A stretch of DNA of 64,000 nucleotides from Nostoc sp. (GTDB lineage Bacteria > Cyanobacteriota > Cyanobacteriia > Cyanobacteriales > Nostocaceae). The notes under the pieces were generated by a model. The model was not told the origin of the DNA, searched no databases, and worked only from the letters and a program-made list of their open reading frames with translations. The position numbers were made by a program, and so were the translations under genes. Shown here in pieces: positions 41,308 to 52,485 of the stretch (positions are counted from its first letter, which is position 1; each line of letters starts with the position of its first letter). The stretch covers positions 32,001 to 96,000 of the forward strand of contig JBALDB010000046.1 of assembly GCA_036918135.1 (NCBI GenBank), read 5' to 3'.

Positions 41308-41628
41308 TAAGCTATTACTCGACTAATGTTAGTTGACTTGTATTCCTTATTTACAAGGTACTACGCTTAGCTTTGCTTTATTGTAGGGTTATCCGTAACT
41401 TTACACAAAAGTAAGTGGCGTCTGTACCCTACAGGATCTCAAAGCCAAAGGCTTAGAAACTCCGATTAGTTGCTCTGTTTACACAAAAGCGGCATTGGTG
41501 ATTTTCCGCTTTGTCCTTTGTTGTTAGCATAATGACTAGTACACTGAGGCGTAAATAGAGCAACCATTTAAAATCCCTAAAAAGCCCAATCCATAATATT
41601 TTTGACTTTTGACTTCCGCCTTGCAGTA

Positions 41629-41955
41629 CTAGTGACTTATGGAGAAGGAATGACCACAAGTACAAGTAGCGATCGCCTGAGGGTTGTGGAAGCGAAAACC
41701 ACCACCCATTAAGTCTTCTGAATAATCCACTGTCAAGCCGTTGAGCTGATTTAAACTTTCAGCGTCTATGATGACTTGAATCTCGTCGAACTCAAAAACC
41801 CGATCGCCAACTTTTATTGCTCGATCGAAGGACATATCATAAAAGAACCCGGAACAGCCACCTGGTTTTACCGCGAATCGAAATAAAACATTTGGCTGCT
41901 GCTTGGACTTGATTCGCACGATTTCACTCGCGGCTGCTTGACTCAGATGAATCAT
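41629..41955 (-). CDS. HesB/IscA family Fe-S cluster assembly protein
   Basis: GGCSG...DYSEDLMGGGFRFHNP...CTCGHSF. Confidence 0.93.
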   Translation of the reverse strand: MIHLSQAAASEIVRIKSKQQPNVLFRFAVKPGGCSGFFYDMSFDRAIKVGDRVFEFDEIQVIIDAESLNQLNGLTVDYSEDLMGGGFRFHNPQAIATCTCGHSFSISH

Positions 41956-42155
41956 GAAATTCGTTTTTGCAACTAAATAACCTATCTTAATTCTACCGAT
42001 CGGTTGACCAATGCTTCTTGAGCGGATGCTACGTGTAGCTTACTTCTTATCTAGGTAGTAAGCTTGAATTCCAATTTAGAAAGACTCAATTTATACAGCA
42101 AAATTTAAACTTCAAAGTACGGATGAATATTTTTATTGAGTTTTGATTTTTGGTA

Positions 42156-42255
42156 AGGGACTGACAAATAAAAAATATCCTACTGTTCCCAGTTAACAGT
42201 CAACGGTCGACATTCATTAACTTCAAACAAGATAATTTATTTTTTGGAGTTCCCT
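42156..42255. mobile_element. degenerate MITE-like element
   Basis: Imperfect TIRs AGGGACTGACAAATAAAAAATATC / GATAATTTATTTTTTGGAGTTCCCT. Confidence 0.55.
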
Positions 42256-42527
42256 ATATATCTTTGTTTTTAGTTAACGAGCTATTTTGTTTTAGAGAGT
42301 TGTGAGGGTGTAGGTATTTCTTTATATAGAAGAAAAAATTGCCTATTGTTAGTTGCGGACAGAGCGATCGCTCTTACTACATATTACTATATTTATAGCA
42401 CTAACACACCACAAGTCCCTACCAACAGTTGAGGTAGGAACTTTTGGTGCGTAGTAGTTACTAAAGACACTTTGTACAAAAATATATTTAGTTTTTGGAG
42501 CAGAGCTTTTATAGCATTCTTTTAGTT

Positions 42528-42947
42528 TTAATCCTTGGTACGAGCATAATCATCTTGGTAGCGAATAATATCATCCTCACCTAAATATTCACCATTTTGC
42601 ACCTCAATCAACACCAAAGGAATCACACCAGGATTCTCTAAACGATGAGCTGTACATTGAGGTACATAGGTTGACTCATTATTACTCAATAGTACTTCTT
42701 GTTCGCCACAAACTACCCTAGCTGTACCAGAGACGACAATCCAGTGTTCGCTACGGTGATGATGCATTTGTAAACTCAGACGGTGTCCGGGCTTAACTTC
42801 GATGCGCTTGATTTTATATCCACGTCCTTCTTCCAATACTGTAAAAGCGCCCCAAGGACGTAACTCAGTTGCAGCAATGCTTTTGGAACTAATAACTGGA
42901 GAGATGTGTAGAGTGTCAGTCTGTGTAGTTTCTTGATATCGAGCCAT
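42528..42947 (-). CDS. mannose-6-phosphate isomerase type II C-terminal cupin domain protein
   Basis: RPWG...KIKRIEVKPGHRLSLQMHHHRSEHW...EVQNGEYLGEDDI; GAGGT RBS before MARYQ. Confidence 0.9.
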   Translation of the reverse strand: MARYQETTQTDTLHISPVISSKSIAATELRPWGAFTVLEEGRGYKIKRIEVKPGHRLSLQMHHHRSEHWIVVSGTARVVCGEQEVLLSNNESTYVPQCTAHRLENPGVIPLVLIEVQNGEYLGEDDIIRYQDDYARTKD

Positions 42948-43339
42948 AGTTACCTCATTTGAAGACATAACAAACCGTTGGTACTCTTAAAAATATTAAT
43001 GAAAAATTCTGACGCTATCTTGCAACTTTGTAAATCACGAAATCACGAATTTTGTTGCACTTTGCTAAAGATAGCAAAATCAAACCTTATGGTGTAAACC
43101 ATCACTATTAAAATTTTTAGGTTTACACTAAGTCTTCATCAAGCAAAATGGCAGCTTGTTCTAAACTTTAAAAAGGGATTGGTTACTGGGAAGCAGAGGG
43201 GCTTCAGATGCACAGGAGTATAGGGAGAATAATAACTCCTAATTCTTAATTTCTAACTCCTAATTCCTTACCAGAGCTTTCAAAGTCTCCGGCGAGGCTC
43301 AACACTGCCAACACCCCATGCCTCAATCCCTTAAATCCC

Positions 43340-45376
43340 TTATTTTTTCAGGAAAATACCAATGCCATTGTGGACACGAGCCGCAGTACTAGGAAAACGG
43401 TCAAGTAGTTGTCCTCCCAAGTAAAGGCTGGTAGAGCTACCACCATCCAAGTTGAGGGCATCTACACACCCCATTTGTTGCATTAGCTGAGCGTGTTCTG
43501 CCAATGTAGGACCATAACCACCAACACGATTTTGCACGGCAGTAATCATTAGTGTGCCTGTTGAGGTTGTACAAATCCCGCTACGAACAGCTTTTTCTGC
43601 AATAAAAGCATTACTGAATTTTTCCCCTTTAGCATCAAGGACAATTTGACGATTTTGGATTAATAGCGGCCCGGCTCCGATAATGTAGGGATAACGACTA
43701 AAATCACCGGGATTAGGAGTACTGGAAATAGTCACTGCTGTGCCAACAGGTAACAGTGAGGCATTAGTAGTAGCGCTGGCGCGTAAGGTTAGTAGGTAGC
43801 CATCCTGGGGAATAGGAACGACCTGCTCGCCAACTTTGCCGGCTGGTAATTGATTCGTAATTTGGTCTTTTTGTACTACTAAAATGATTTCGTTGTCCGT
43901 TAGAGGCGTATAAGTTGCTCCCCATGCAGGAGTGTAACGGGCAATACCACTTTGAATATAACCACTATTAAGAAATAATATTGGTAAGCGCTGGTTATTT
44001 CCAATAATTAAAGTTTCTTCTAAGTTAAGGCGACCAAAGTAAAATTCACCAGAATCATTCCAGGCGATCGCTCCTCGGTTGAGAATAGGCCCTGATAACC
44101 ACTGACCATCTCGACGAATCGCACCCAAAGGTAATCTGTTATTGCGGTTAAAATAACCACCATTAATTGCAGCTACGGCTGAGTAGCGTTGTGCTGTTTG
44201 AATTAAGGGAGCAGTACCCATAAGTGTATTAGGGCTAGCTGACATCGGTTTGAGTGTTAGTCCAGTGCGGGGATTAACTTCTAACCAAACCACTCCAAAG
44301 CGTTCTGTACCTAAGTTAATATAATGCTGTCGCCAGAGCAATCCTGGTGCCCAAGTAATATCCCGCTCTTCTAAAGGATCGGGTCGAATATTTATAATCA
44401 GGCGATTGGGGTCTGCTACAGTGCTAACTTGAGGCGATAGACCAAAAGGAACGCTTAGGTGAATAATTGTTTGGTTGTTCGCTACTTCCACTTTTTGAAT
44501 TAGTGGTTCTGGAGCTGGTAGTGGTGGTGTAGCTGGGGATAATTGTTTGAGTAGATCTGGCAGTGATGTTGGTGGTGCTGGTGGTGGCTGGGGAGTATAA
44601 CGTTCTATCAAAACGGGATCGGCTATGGCATCCAGGGTAACTATCCACTCGCGATTCGGCGGTATAGTTGATTTCGGTATTAGTGTATCTGGATCGGTGG
44701 ATGGAATTTGAGTTGTTTTAATAGTCGACCCTTGTGCAACTTGCCAAGGAGTTGGACGATTTAAATCTACAAGAATGCGGGCTTGTTGCAAAGGAGTAAC
44801 ACTTGCGTTTGAAGGTTGCTGGCTCTGAACGATGTTTGTTAGTTGTACTTTTGGGGTGGTAATCATTAAGGTATTACCATTGGTTGCAATTTGCCATCCG
44901 GCTGTTTGAGCAAAATTAGTAATATCCAGATAGCGATATCCCCCTAGTAATGTAGTGTTTAAAACTAGTGGGTTGGTCAGGGAGGAAAACCACTGTATTG
45001 GTTGCCTAGTCCAGTTGCTAGTATTTAAAAAATTTACGCCAATTAATTGCCGGAATGCGCCGTCACTGAGATAAGTTGTGATTTGATTGGCTGTTCCAGA
45101 TCGCTGTAACCAAGTTCCTGGTAAAGTACGCCCATTGAGGGAAATTTGATTAGCGAGTGCAGGCGATCCCACTGCTGGTAAAGGAGAGGTCGGTGACTGG
45201 GACGACCTTGGTAATGGTTTGGCATTTGGGAACTCCTGGGCGTTAGCATAGCTAGTACCTAAGCACAGGGCGATCGAAAGTATTGGTGAGAGACTAGCTC
45301 GGATAAACCTGCTATTCCCAATCAGCGAAATAGCACTGGAGTATTGTTGTTGGCAACAATTCGGCATTTTTACCAT
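43340..45376 (-). CDS. phosphodiester glycosidase (NAGPA-like) family secreted protein
   Basis: Signal-like N-terminus, AAINGGYF, GAGPLL, ALNLDGGSS. Confidence 0.85.
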   Translation of the reverse strand: MVKMPNCCQQQYSSAISLIGNSRFIRASLSPILSIALCLGTSYANAQEFPNAKPLPRSSQSPTSPLPAVGSPALANQISLNGRTLPGTWLQRSGTANQITTYLSDGAFRQLIGVNFLNTSNWTRQPIQWFSSLTNPLVLNTTLLGGYRYLDITNFAQTAGWQIATNGNTLMITTPKVQLTNIVQSQQPSNASVTPLQQARILVDLNRPTPWQVAQGSTIKTTQIPSTDPDTLIPKSTIPPNREWIVTLDAIADPVLIERYTPQPPPAPPTSLPDLLKQLSPATPPLPAPEPLIQKVEVANNQTIIHLSVPFGLSPQVSTVADPNRLIINIRPDPLEERDITWAPGLLWRQHYINLGTERFGVVWLEVNPRTGLTLKPMSASPNTLMGTAPLIQTAQRYSAVAAINGGYFNRNNRLPLGAIRRDGQWLSGPILNRGAIAWNDSGEFYFGRLNLEETLIIGNNQRLPILFLNSGYIQSGIARYTPAWGATYTPLTDNEIILVVQKDQITNQLPAGKVGEQVVPIPQDGYLLTLRASATTNASLLPVGTAVTISSTPNPGDFSRYPYIIGAGPLLIQNRQIVLDAKGEKFSNAFIAEKAVRSGICTTSTGTLMITAVQNRVGGYGPTLAEHAQLMQQMGCVDALNLDGGSSTSLYLGGQLLDRFPSTAARVHNGIGIFLKK

Positions 45377-46128
45377 AATTTACTAGGTATTTTTCAAAAC
45401 TATCACCCAAGGTATAAACTAACTAATTATTTGCAAATATAAAAAACATCGATTTCTTGGCGAAGAAACATGATATTCTATATATTGGCTTCTTATCACT
45501 TTTGAAAAGAAACAACCATTTAGTCGCATAAGCCACTGTAACCAAGTGTTTTAACTGGCACTAATACCAACTACACTATACACGGTAGTTTTAGTTATCC
45601 AAACAGGATTAAAATATTCAATCCTCACTGTTAGTTGCTACTGTTGCTACTTGAGTGAGGTGTAATTACTGGTAAGACAGGTGGCAACAGGGAAACAGAA
45701 ATTTGTGGTAATTGTCAAATGACTATATATTGTAATACGCTGATTTTATTGCCAAATCGGAAAATTTTTGATTTTCAAACCTAGTGCAGCGTCCAGTTTC
45801 AATCATGTTTCAGGTGAGCCAAAATAGGCTCAACAATTAGCTAGTGTGCATCTGGAAAAAGAGAATTGAGAAAATACTTAGCTTCAAAATATAAAAAACA
45901 AACTGTCAGGACAATAATCATGTCTTGGCTAAAGTAGCTTGTCTAATACCGCATAAATACATAAAAAATACGCAATTATTTTAACACAGGTTAACTTAAA
46001 AGGAAAACCGGAGTTAAAATTTTTTTTCCCTAAATTTTAAGTGCTGATGCATTTCTGCATCACTGAATAGAAAATTTTTCTCATTATTTATTGGCAAAAT
46101 TGGTAACTCAACAGTTCAGGTATAGGGT

Positions 46129-49100
46129 ATGAATAATCAATCGATGAATCAAGACCAGAAAATCACAGTGGATATAAACTCAAGAAATACCAGCCAGGGG
46201 CAAAGGTGGTTAGTAGAGGAACGAGATGCCTGTGGTGTAGGTTTTATTGCTCATCGTCAAAATCATGCCAGCCACGAAATAGTCAAAAAAGCTTTAGCTG
46301 CTTTGACCTGCTTAGAACACCGAGGAGGGTGTAGCGCTGACCGAGACTCTGGTGATGGTGCAGGAGTATTGACGGCAATTCCTTGGGAGTTGTTTCAAGA
46401 AGATTTTGCCCAAATAGGCGAGGAATTGCTATCTACTAGCAACAAAGCTGTGGGAATGATATTTTTACCACAAGACCAACAAGCAGCCCAAAAAGCTAGG
46501 GCAGTAGTTGAGCAAGTAGCTGCCGAAGAAAAATTGATTGTACTGGGTTGGCGAGTAGTACCAGTGCAACCCGATCTACTGGGGATACAAGCAAAAGAAA
46601 ATCAACCCCAAATCGAACAAGTAATGCTTGCTTCGCAGGATAAAAGCGGCGATGAACTGGAACGTCAGTTGTATATTACCCGCCGCCGAATTGGCAAAGC
46701 CGCATACAATGTCTCAGAAGAATTTTACATCTGCTCTTTGTCAAGCCGGACAATTGTCTATAAAGGGATGGTGCGTTCGGCGGTATTAGGAGATTTTTAT
46801 CAAGATTTCCGAAATCCAGCTTACAAAAGTGCCTTTGCTGTTTATCATCGCCGCTTTAGTACCAACACAATGCCCAAGTGGCCGCTAGCCCAACCGATGC
46901 GGCTGTTGGGTCACAACGGCGAAATCAATACTTTGTTGGGTAACATCAATTGGATGATGGCACGAGAAGCTAGCTTGAATCATCCAGTATGGGGCGATCG
47001 CATTGACGAACTCAAGCCATTAGTTCATATTGACAACAGCGACTCAGCTACTTTAGATAATGTACTGGAATTGCTGGTGCGTTCTGGACGCAGCCCCTTG
47101 GAAGCCTTAATGATAATGGTTCCAGAGGCATATAAAAATCAGCCTTCTTTAAATGAATATCCAGAAATTATCGATTTCTACGAATATTACAGCGGTCTGC
47201 AAGAAGCATGGGACGGGCCAGCACTTTTAGTATTCAGTGATGGCGAAAAAGTTGGTGCAACATTAGATCGCAATGGGTTAAGACCAGCTCGCTACCTGAT
47301 TACCGAAGATGACTACATTGTTGTAGCCTCGGAAGCAGGAGTAGTCGACTTTCCAGAAGCCAAGATTAAGGAGAAAGGTAGACTAGGCCCTGGGCAAATG
47401 ATTGCTGTGGATTTAGTCAATCAGGAAGTGCTGAAAAATTGGGAGATTAAGCAGCGGATCGCCAAGCAGCAGCGATATGGAGAATGGCTGCAACAGTATC
47501 GTCAAGAATTAAAGTCGTTGGTCATTAGTCATACATCATCAGGAAATGGAAACAGCAACGGCAAAGGACAAATCACGAATGACCAAGAGCAATTGACAAT
47601 CGACAAACAAACTTTACTGCAACTGCAAACCGCTTTTGGTTATACCACAGAAGATGTGGAAATGGTAATTCAACAAATGGCGATCGCAGGTTCTGAACCG
47701 ACTTTCTGCATGGGAGATGATATTCCTTTAGCAGTATTGTCAGAAAAACCCCACCTCCTATACGACTATTTCAAACAGCGTTTTGCTCAGGTAACCAACC
47801 CAGCGATCGATCCCCTACGGGAAAAGCTGGTGATGTCTTTGAAAGTCGAGTTGGGCGAACGCGGTAACCTATTACAACCACAACCAGAATACGCCAAGAG
47901 ATTAAAACTTGAGTCGCCAGTCTTGAACGAAAGAGAATTAGAGGCGATTAAGCTCTCAGGATTTGCCACAGCCGAGTTGTCAACTTTATTTGCGATCGCT
48001 AACGGCCCAGAAGGATTAAAAGCCGCCGTCGAGTCTTTACAAGCACAAGCAGCCCAATCAGTGCGGGCAGGTGCAAAGATTTTAATATTAAGCGATGCCT
48101 ACGGTGGGCTACGCCAACACCTCAATGACACCATCACCACGGAATACACTTACATTCCTCCTTTATTAGCAGTAGGTGCGGTGCATCATCACCTGATTCG
48201 GGAAGGGCTGCGGATGAAAACATCCCTGATTGTCAATACTGCACAATGCTGGAGTACTCATCATTTTGCTTGTCTGATTGGTTACGGTGCTGGTGCAGTT
48301 TGCCCGTATATGGCTTTGGAAACAGTGCGTGATTGGTGGTGCGATTCCAAAACTCAAAAATTAATGTTTGAGGCCAAAAAAATTACCGCCCTCACCTTAG
48401 AGCAAGCTTTAGGAAATTATTGCAAAGCAATAGAGTCCGGTTTACTGAAAATTCTCTCCAAGATGGGAATTTCTTTACTCTCCAGCTATCAAGCAGCTCA
48501 AATTTTTGAAGCGATTGGCATCGGTAGAGATTTAATCGATTTGGGATTTTCTGGTACGACTTCCCGCATTGGTGGTTTGAGTGTGAGCGAACTCGCTGAT
48601 GAAGTACTTTCCTTCCACAGCAAGGCGTTCCCGGAACTGACCAACAAGAAATTAGAAAACCTGGGTTTTGTGCAGTACCGTCCTAACGGCGAGTACCACA
48701 TGAATAGCCCAGAAATGGTAAAAACGCTGCATAAAGCTTTAGATGGCAAAAACTACGACCACTACGAAGTTTACAAAAAACACCTCCAAGGTAGACCGGT
48801 AACAGCCTTGCGTGACTTGCTCGACTTCCAAAGCGATCGCTCACCCATATCTATAGAAGAAGTGGAATCGGTCAGTGAAATTGTCCAGCGCTTCTGTACT
48901 GGTGGCATGTCTTTAGGTGCATTGTCAAGAGAAGCACACGAAACTTTAGCGATCGCCATGAACCGGATTGGCGGCAAATCTAACTCTGGGGAAGGCGGCG
49001 AAGACCCAGTGCGCTATACAGTCTTAGATGATGTAGATGAATCTGGATACTCACCAACTCTACCTCATTTAAAAGGATTGCAAAATGGCGATCGGGCTTA

Positions 49101-50844
49101 TAGTGCGATTAAACAAGTTGCATCGGGACGCTTTGGTGTGACGCCAGAGTATTTAGTCAACGCTAAACAAATTGAAATTAAAATTGCCCAAGGTGCTAAG
49201 CCGGGGGAAGGTGGGCAACTTCCAGGGCCGAAGGTGAGCGAATACATTGCGATGTTAAGGCGCTCCAAGCCTGGTGTAACGCTGATTTCACCACCACCGC
49301 ACCATGATATTTATTCGATTGAAGATTTAGCACAACTGATTTTTGACCTGCATCAAATTAACCCGAAAGCAAAAGTTTCGGTGAAACTAGTTGCGGAAGT
49401 TGGTATTGGGACGATCGCTGCTGGTGTAGCCAAGGCAAATGCTGATATTATCCAAATTTCTGGTCATGATGGGGGTACGGGTGCATCGCCACTCAGTTCT
49501 ATTAAACATGCAGGTTCGCCCTGGGAACTCGGTTTAAGTGAAGTGCATCGCGTTTTGATGGAAAACAGCTTGCGCGATCGGGTGATTTTACGCGTCGATG
49601 GCGGTCTCAAGAGTGGTTGGGATGTGGTAATAAGTGCATTGATGGGCGGTGAAGAATTCGGTTTCGGCTCGATTGCGATGATTGCTGAAGGCTGCATCAT
49701 GGCACGAGTTTGCCACATGAACACCTGCCCTGTAGGTGTTGCTACTCAGAAAGAAGAACTCCGCAAACGGTTTACAGGAATACCGGAAAAAGTTGTCAAC
49801 TTCTTCTACTTCATCGCTGAAGAAGTGCGGAGTTTGTTAGCACGACTTGGCTACCGTTCTTTGTCAGAAATTATTGGACGTGCAGATTTGTTAAAAGTGC
49901 GCCCAGAGGTAAAACTTACCAAAACGCGATCGCTAAATCTCAACTGTTTACTTCAGCTACCAGATAGCAGAGAAAACCGTCGTTGGTTAGTGCATGAAGA
50001 AGTCCACAGTAACGGCGTGGTTTTGGATGACAAATTGCTTGCCGATGCCGATATCAAGACTGCTATCAACAACCAATCTACTGTCACCAAAACTTTCCCG
50101 ATAGTCAATACTGACAGAACAGTAGGTACTAGATTAGCAGGGGCGATCGCTTCCCAGTATGGTGACAGTGGGTTTGAAGGACAAATTCATCTCAACTTCA
50201 CAGGTAGTGTTGGGCAAAGCTTTGGGGCTTTCAATCTTCCTGGGATCGTTATCGCCCTGGAAGGAGAGGCAAATGACTACGTCGGCAAAGGAATGCATGG
50301 TGGTGAAATCATCATTAAACCTTCAGCTGACGCCACTTATAATTCATCACAAAACGTCATAGTTGGCAATACTTGTCTTTATGGCGCTACTGGTGGCACA
50401 TTATTTGCCAATGGTTTAGCAGGAGAGCGCTTTGCTGTGAGAAACTCTAAAGGTCTAGCAGTAATTGAAGGTGCTGGGGATCACTGCTGTGAGTACATGA
50501 CTGGTGGTGTAATTGTCGTTCTTGGCAAAGTAGGACGTAATGTCGCTGCTGGAATGACCGGTGGACTGGCATACTTTTTAGATGAAAACGGTTCATTCCC
50601 TGAGTTAGTCAATCCAGAAAGTGTCAAAATGCAGCGAGTGATTACTCAAGCAGGCGCAAAGCAATTGTTTGAGTTAATCAAAACTCATGCAGAACGTACT
50701 GCTTCACCAAAGGCGAGGAAAATTCTCGAAAATTGGCAAGAATTTTTACCAAAATTCTGGCAGCTAGTTCCGGCTTCTGAAGCTGATAGTCCAGAAGCTA
50801 ATCCTGAAAAAAAAACTGAGTTCAGTTTAGTAAGCAGTCATTAA
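46129..50844 (+). CDS. glsF: ferredoxin-dependent glutamate synthase
   Basis: DACGVGF Ntn cysteine, [45 protein letters not shown]; 1571 aa, no adjacent gltD. Confidence 0.93.
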   Translation: MNNQSMNQDQKITVDINSRNTSQGQRWLVEERDACGVGFIAHRQNHASHEIVKKALAALTCLEHRGGCSADRDSGDGAGVLTAIPWELFQEDFAQIGEELLSTSNKAVGMIFLPQDQQAAQKARAVVEQVAAEEKLIVLGWRVVPVQPDLLGIQAKENQPQIEQVMLASQDKSGDELERQLYITRRRIGKAAYNVSEEFYICSLSSRTIVYKGMVRSAVLGDFYQDFRNPAYKSAFAVYHRRFSTNTMPKWPLAQPMRLLGHNGEINTLLGNINWMMAREASLNHPVWGDRIDELKPLVHIDNSDSATLDNVLELLVRSGRSPLEALMIMVPEAYKNQPSLNEYPEIIDFYEYYSGLQEAWDGPALLVFSDGEKVGATLDRNGLRPARYLITEDDYIVVASEAGVVDFPEAKIKEKGRLGPGQMIAVDLVNQEVLKNWEIKQRIAKQQRYGEWLQQYRQELKSLVISHTSSGNGNSNGKGQITNDQEQLTIDKQTLLQLQTAFGYTTEDVEMVIQQMAIAGSEPTFCMGDDIPLAVLSEKPHLLYDYFKQRFAQVTNPAIDPLREKLVMSLKVELGERGNLLQPQPEYAKRLKLESPVLNERELEAIKLSGFATAELSTLFAIANGPEGLKAAVESLQAQAAQSVRAGAKILILSDAYGGLRQHLNDTITTEYTYIPPLLAVGAVHHHLIREGLRMKTSLIVNTAQCWSTHHFACLIGYGAGAVCPYMALETVRDWWCDSKTQKLMFEAKKITALTLEQALGNYCKAIESGLLKILSKMGISLLSSYQAAQIFEAIGIGRDLIDLGFSGTTSRIGGLSVSELADEVLSFHSKAFPELTNKKLENLGFVQYRPNGEYHMNSPEMVKTLHKALDGKNYDHYEVYKKHLQGRPVTALRDLLDFQSDRSPISIEEVESVSEIVQRFCTGGMSLGALSREAHETLAIAMNRIGGKSNSGEGGEDPVRYTVLDDVDESGYSPTLPHLKGLQNGDRAYSAIKQVASGRFGVTPEYLVNAKQIEIKIAQGAKPGEGGQLPGPKVSEYIAMLRRSKPGVTLISPPPHHDIYSIEDLAQLIFDLHQINPKAKVSVKLVAEVGIGTIAAGVAKANADIIQISGHDGGTGASPLSSIKHAGSPWELGLSEVHRVLMENSLRDRVILRVDGGLKSGWDVVISALMGGEEFGFGSIAMIAEGCIMARVCHMNTCPVGVATQKEELRKRFTGIPEKVVNFFYFIAEEVRSLLARLGYRSLSEIIGRADLLKVRPEVKLTKTRSLNLNCLLQLPDSRENRRWLVHEEVHSNGVVLDDKLLADADIKTAINNQSTVTKTFPIVNTDRTVGTRLAGAIASQYGDSGFEGQIHLNFTGSVGQSFGAFNLPGIVIALEGEANDYVGKGMHGGEIIIKPSADATYNSSQNVIVGNTCLYGATGGTLFANGLAGERFAVRNSKGLAVIEGAGDHCCEYMTGGVIVVLGKVGRNVAAGMTGGLAYFLDENGSFPELVNPESVKMQRVITQAGAKQLFELIKTHAERTASPKARKILENWQEFLPKFWQLVPASEADSPEANPEKKTEFSLVSSH

Positions 50845-50900
50845 GAGACTTCCAACAGATAAATTATCCAATCTTGTGAGGCGGGCTTTTCGGCCTGCCT
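50843..50900. mobile_element. partial MITE-like end with terminator-like hairpin after glsF
   Basis: AGAGACTTCCAACAGATAAATTATCC resembles the TIR at 42156/42255; AGGCGGGC-ttttcg-GCCTGCCT hairpin. Confidence 0.45.
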
Positions 50901-51127
50901 TTCAATAAAACAAGGTTTTCAACGCCAAAAAACTTTCGTAGTATTCATGTAATAACGCTAAATCCTGTTTTCTGTGACAATAGTTCTCGTATTTTTTTAA
51001 ACCTTATTTGTTCGTTATTTATTCTCAATAAAAATCTAATTTTAGTGATAAGTTGTAAGTTTGTTTGAGGAATGAAACTACAACCCACACTGATTTTGAT
51101 TTTTGGCTTAAATTATAGTTCAGGAAT

Positions 51128-51505
51128 TTATAAACGCCAGCGAAATACTTTTCTGCTCATAAATATAGCTATACTTGCACCTATTGCCCCTAAGATACCC
51201 GGAATGAAAAATCTAAAATCAATTTTAGGAAAATAAGTAATTTCTTTAAGTATTGCATAATGAAAATCAATAATTATTTTAAATATTTCATTTAGATTTT
51301 TAAATGAACTACTTAAAATAATCCCAATTATTACGCCTTCATACCCTCCGATAGCCCCAATTAATAGTCTAAATATTTCAATAAAAAAATTTGTTTTCCT
51401 TGTAATAATTAGAGTAGCTATTCCAGCAAATGCTCCTCCAAAAAAAGGCGCTCCAAATATTATTATGAAAAGTATTAATAATGTTATATTGTCTGGTTCC
51501 CACAT
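51128..51505 (-). CDS. AT-rich hypothetical membrane protein
   Basis: 125-aa ORF with hydrophobic Gly-rich segments; no family recognised. Confidence 0.55.
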   Translation of the reverse strand: MWEPDNITLLILFIIIFGAPFFGGAFAGIATLIITRKTNFFIEIFRLLIGAIGGYEGVIIGIILSSSFKNLNEIFKIIIDFHYAILKEITYFPKIDFRFFIPGILGAIGASIAIFMSRKVFRWRL

Positions 51506-51579
51506 AATCTAAATTATTCATAATAATAAATTTCATTTGTTAATCAACTATTATTGCTTAATGACTTAATAATTAATAA

Positions 51580-52485
51580 TTACTTTTTGTTTGCCACCAA
51601 CTTTATGTCTTTATCTTCCATTTCTAAAAGTTCTGGAATAGTGACAAACCGATAGCCTTGCTTTCTAAAGTTACTAATAATTACTGGTAAAGCTTGTACA
51701 GTTTTGGAACGATTACCACCACCATCATGCATTAGCACAATGCCACCAGATCTTGAATCTTTAATTACATTATTAATCAACTTTGGCACAGGGGGCTGTT
51801 TGTAGTCTGTAGAGTCAGCTGACCACAATACCACAGTATATTTTTGTCCTTTGGCATAAGCAACTAATCCATTGTGCATCATCCCGCCAGGAGGTCGGAA
51901 CAGAGTTGTTTTAACACCTGTAACTTGATAAATTAAATCTTCTGTCCGATCAATTTCAAAGGCAGCTGCCTGTTGATTAAAAAAGTGGTACCAATGATGC
52001 CAAGTATGGTTGGCAATGACGTGGCCTTGAGCTACAATTTCCTTTCCTAATTCTGGATAATTTTTTAGATTTTGTCCAATTACAAAAAATGTCCCTTTAA
52101 TATTATTTGATTTCAATATATCTAGTACTTGCTTTGTACTTTGAGGCCAAGGACCATCATCAAAAGTAAGGGCGATCGCTTTCTCTCCTTGAGTTAGTTT
52201 TGACGCTCTAATTATCGCACCTTCAAACCGTGATGGTACAGCATAGGAAAAGCCTTTTACTTGTGCTTGTTGCTGCCAACTCGTCAGCATTGCCCCCTTA
52301 AATTTCTCAATGCGCTGCTGAGTTCCTGTATTTGCAGGCATATTTTTGACATTGATAGGTCTACTCTGAGCCTCCGAAGTATTTGGTCTGAGAAGCATCA
52401 TGAAACCAAGACTAAAAACACCACCCAAGGCAAGCAGTCCAACTAATATTCCTTCCGGCCAGAAAAATGACTTATTGTTTTCCAC
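51580..52485 (-). CDS. polysaccharide deacetylase (NodB/CE4)
   Basis: ALTFDDGP, NHTWHH, FRPPGG, IVLMHDGGG; N-terminal TM anchor. Confidence 0.93.
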   Translation of the reverse strand: MENNKSFFWPEGILVGLLALGGVFSLGFMMLLRPNTSEAQSRPINVKNMPANTGTQQRIEKFKGAMLTSWQQQAQVKGFSYAVPSRFEGAIIRASKLTQGEKAIALTFDDGPWPQSTKQVLDILKSNNIKGTFFVIGQNLKNYPELGKEIVAQGHVIANHTWHHWYHFFNQQAAAFEIDRTEDLIYQVTGVKTTLFRPPGGMMHNGLVAYAKGQKYTVVLWSADSTDYKQPPVPKLINNVIKDSRSGGIVLMHDGGGNRSKTVQALPVIISNFRKQGYRFVTIPELLEMEDKDIKLVANKK

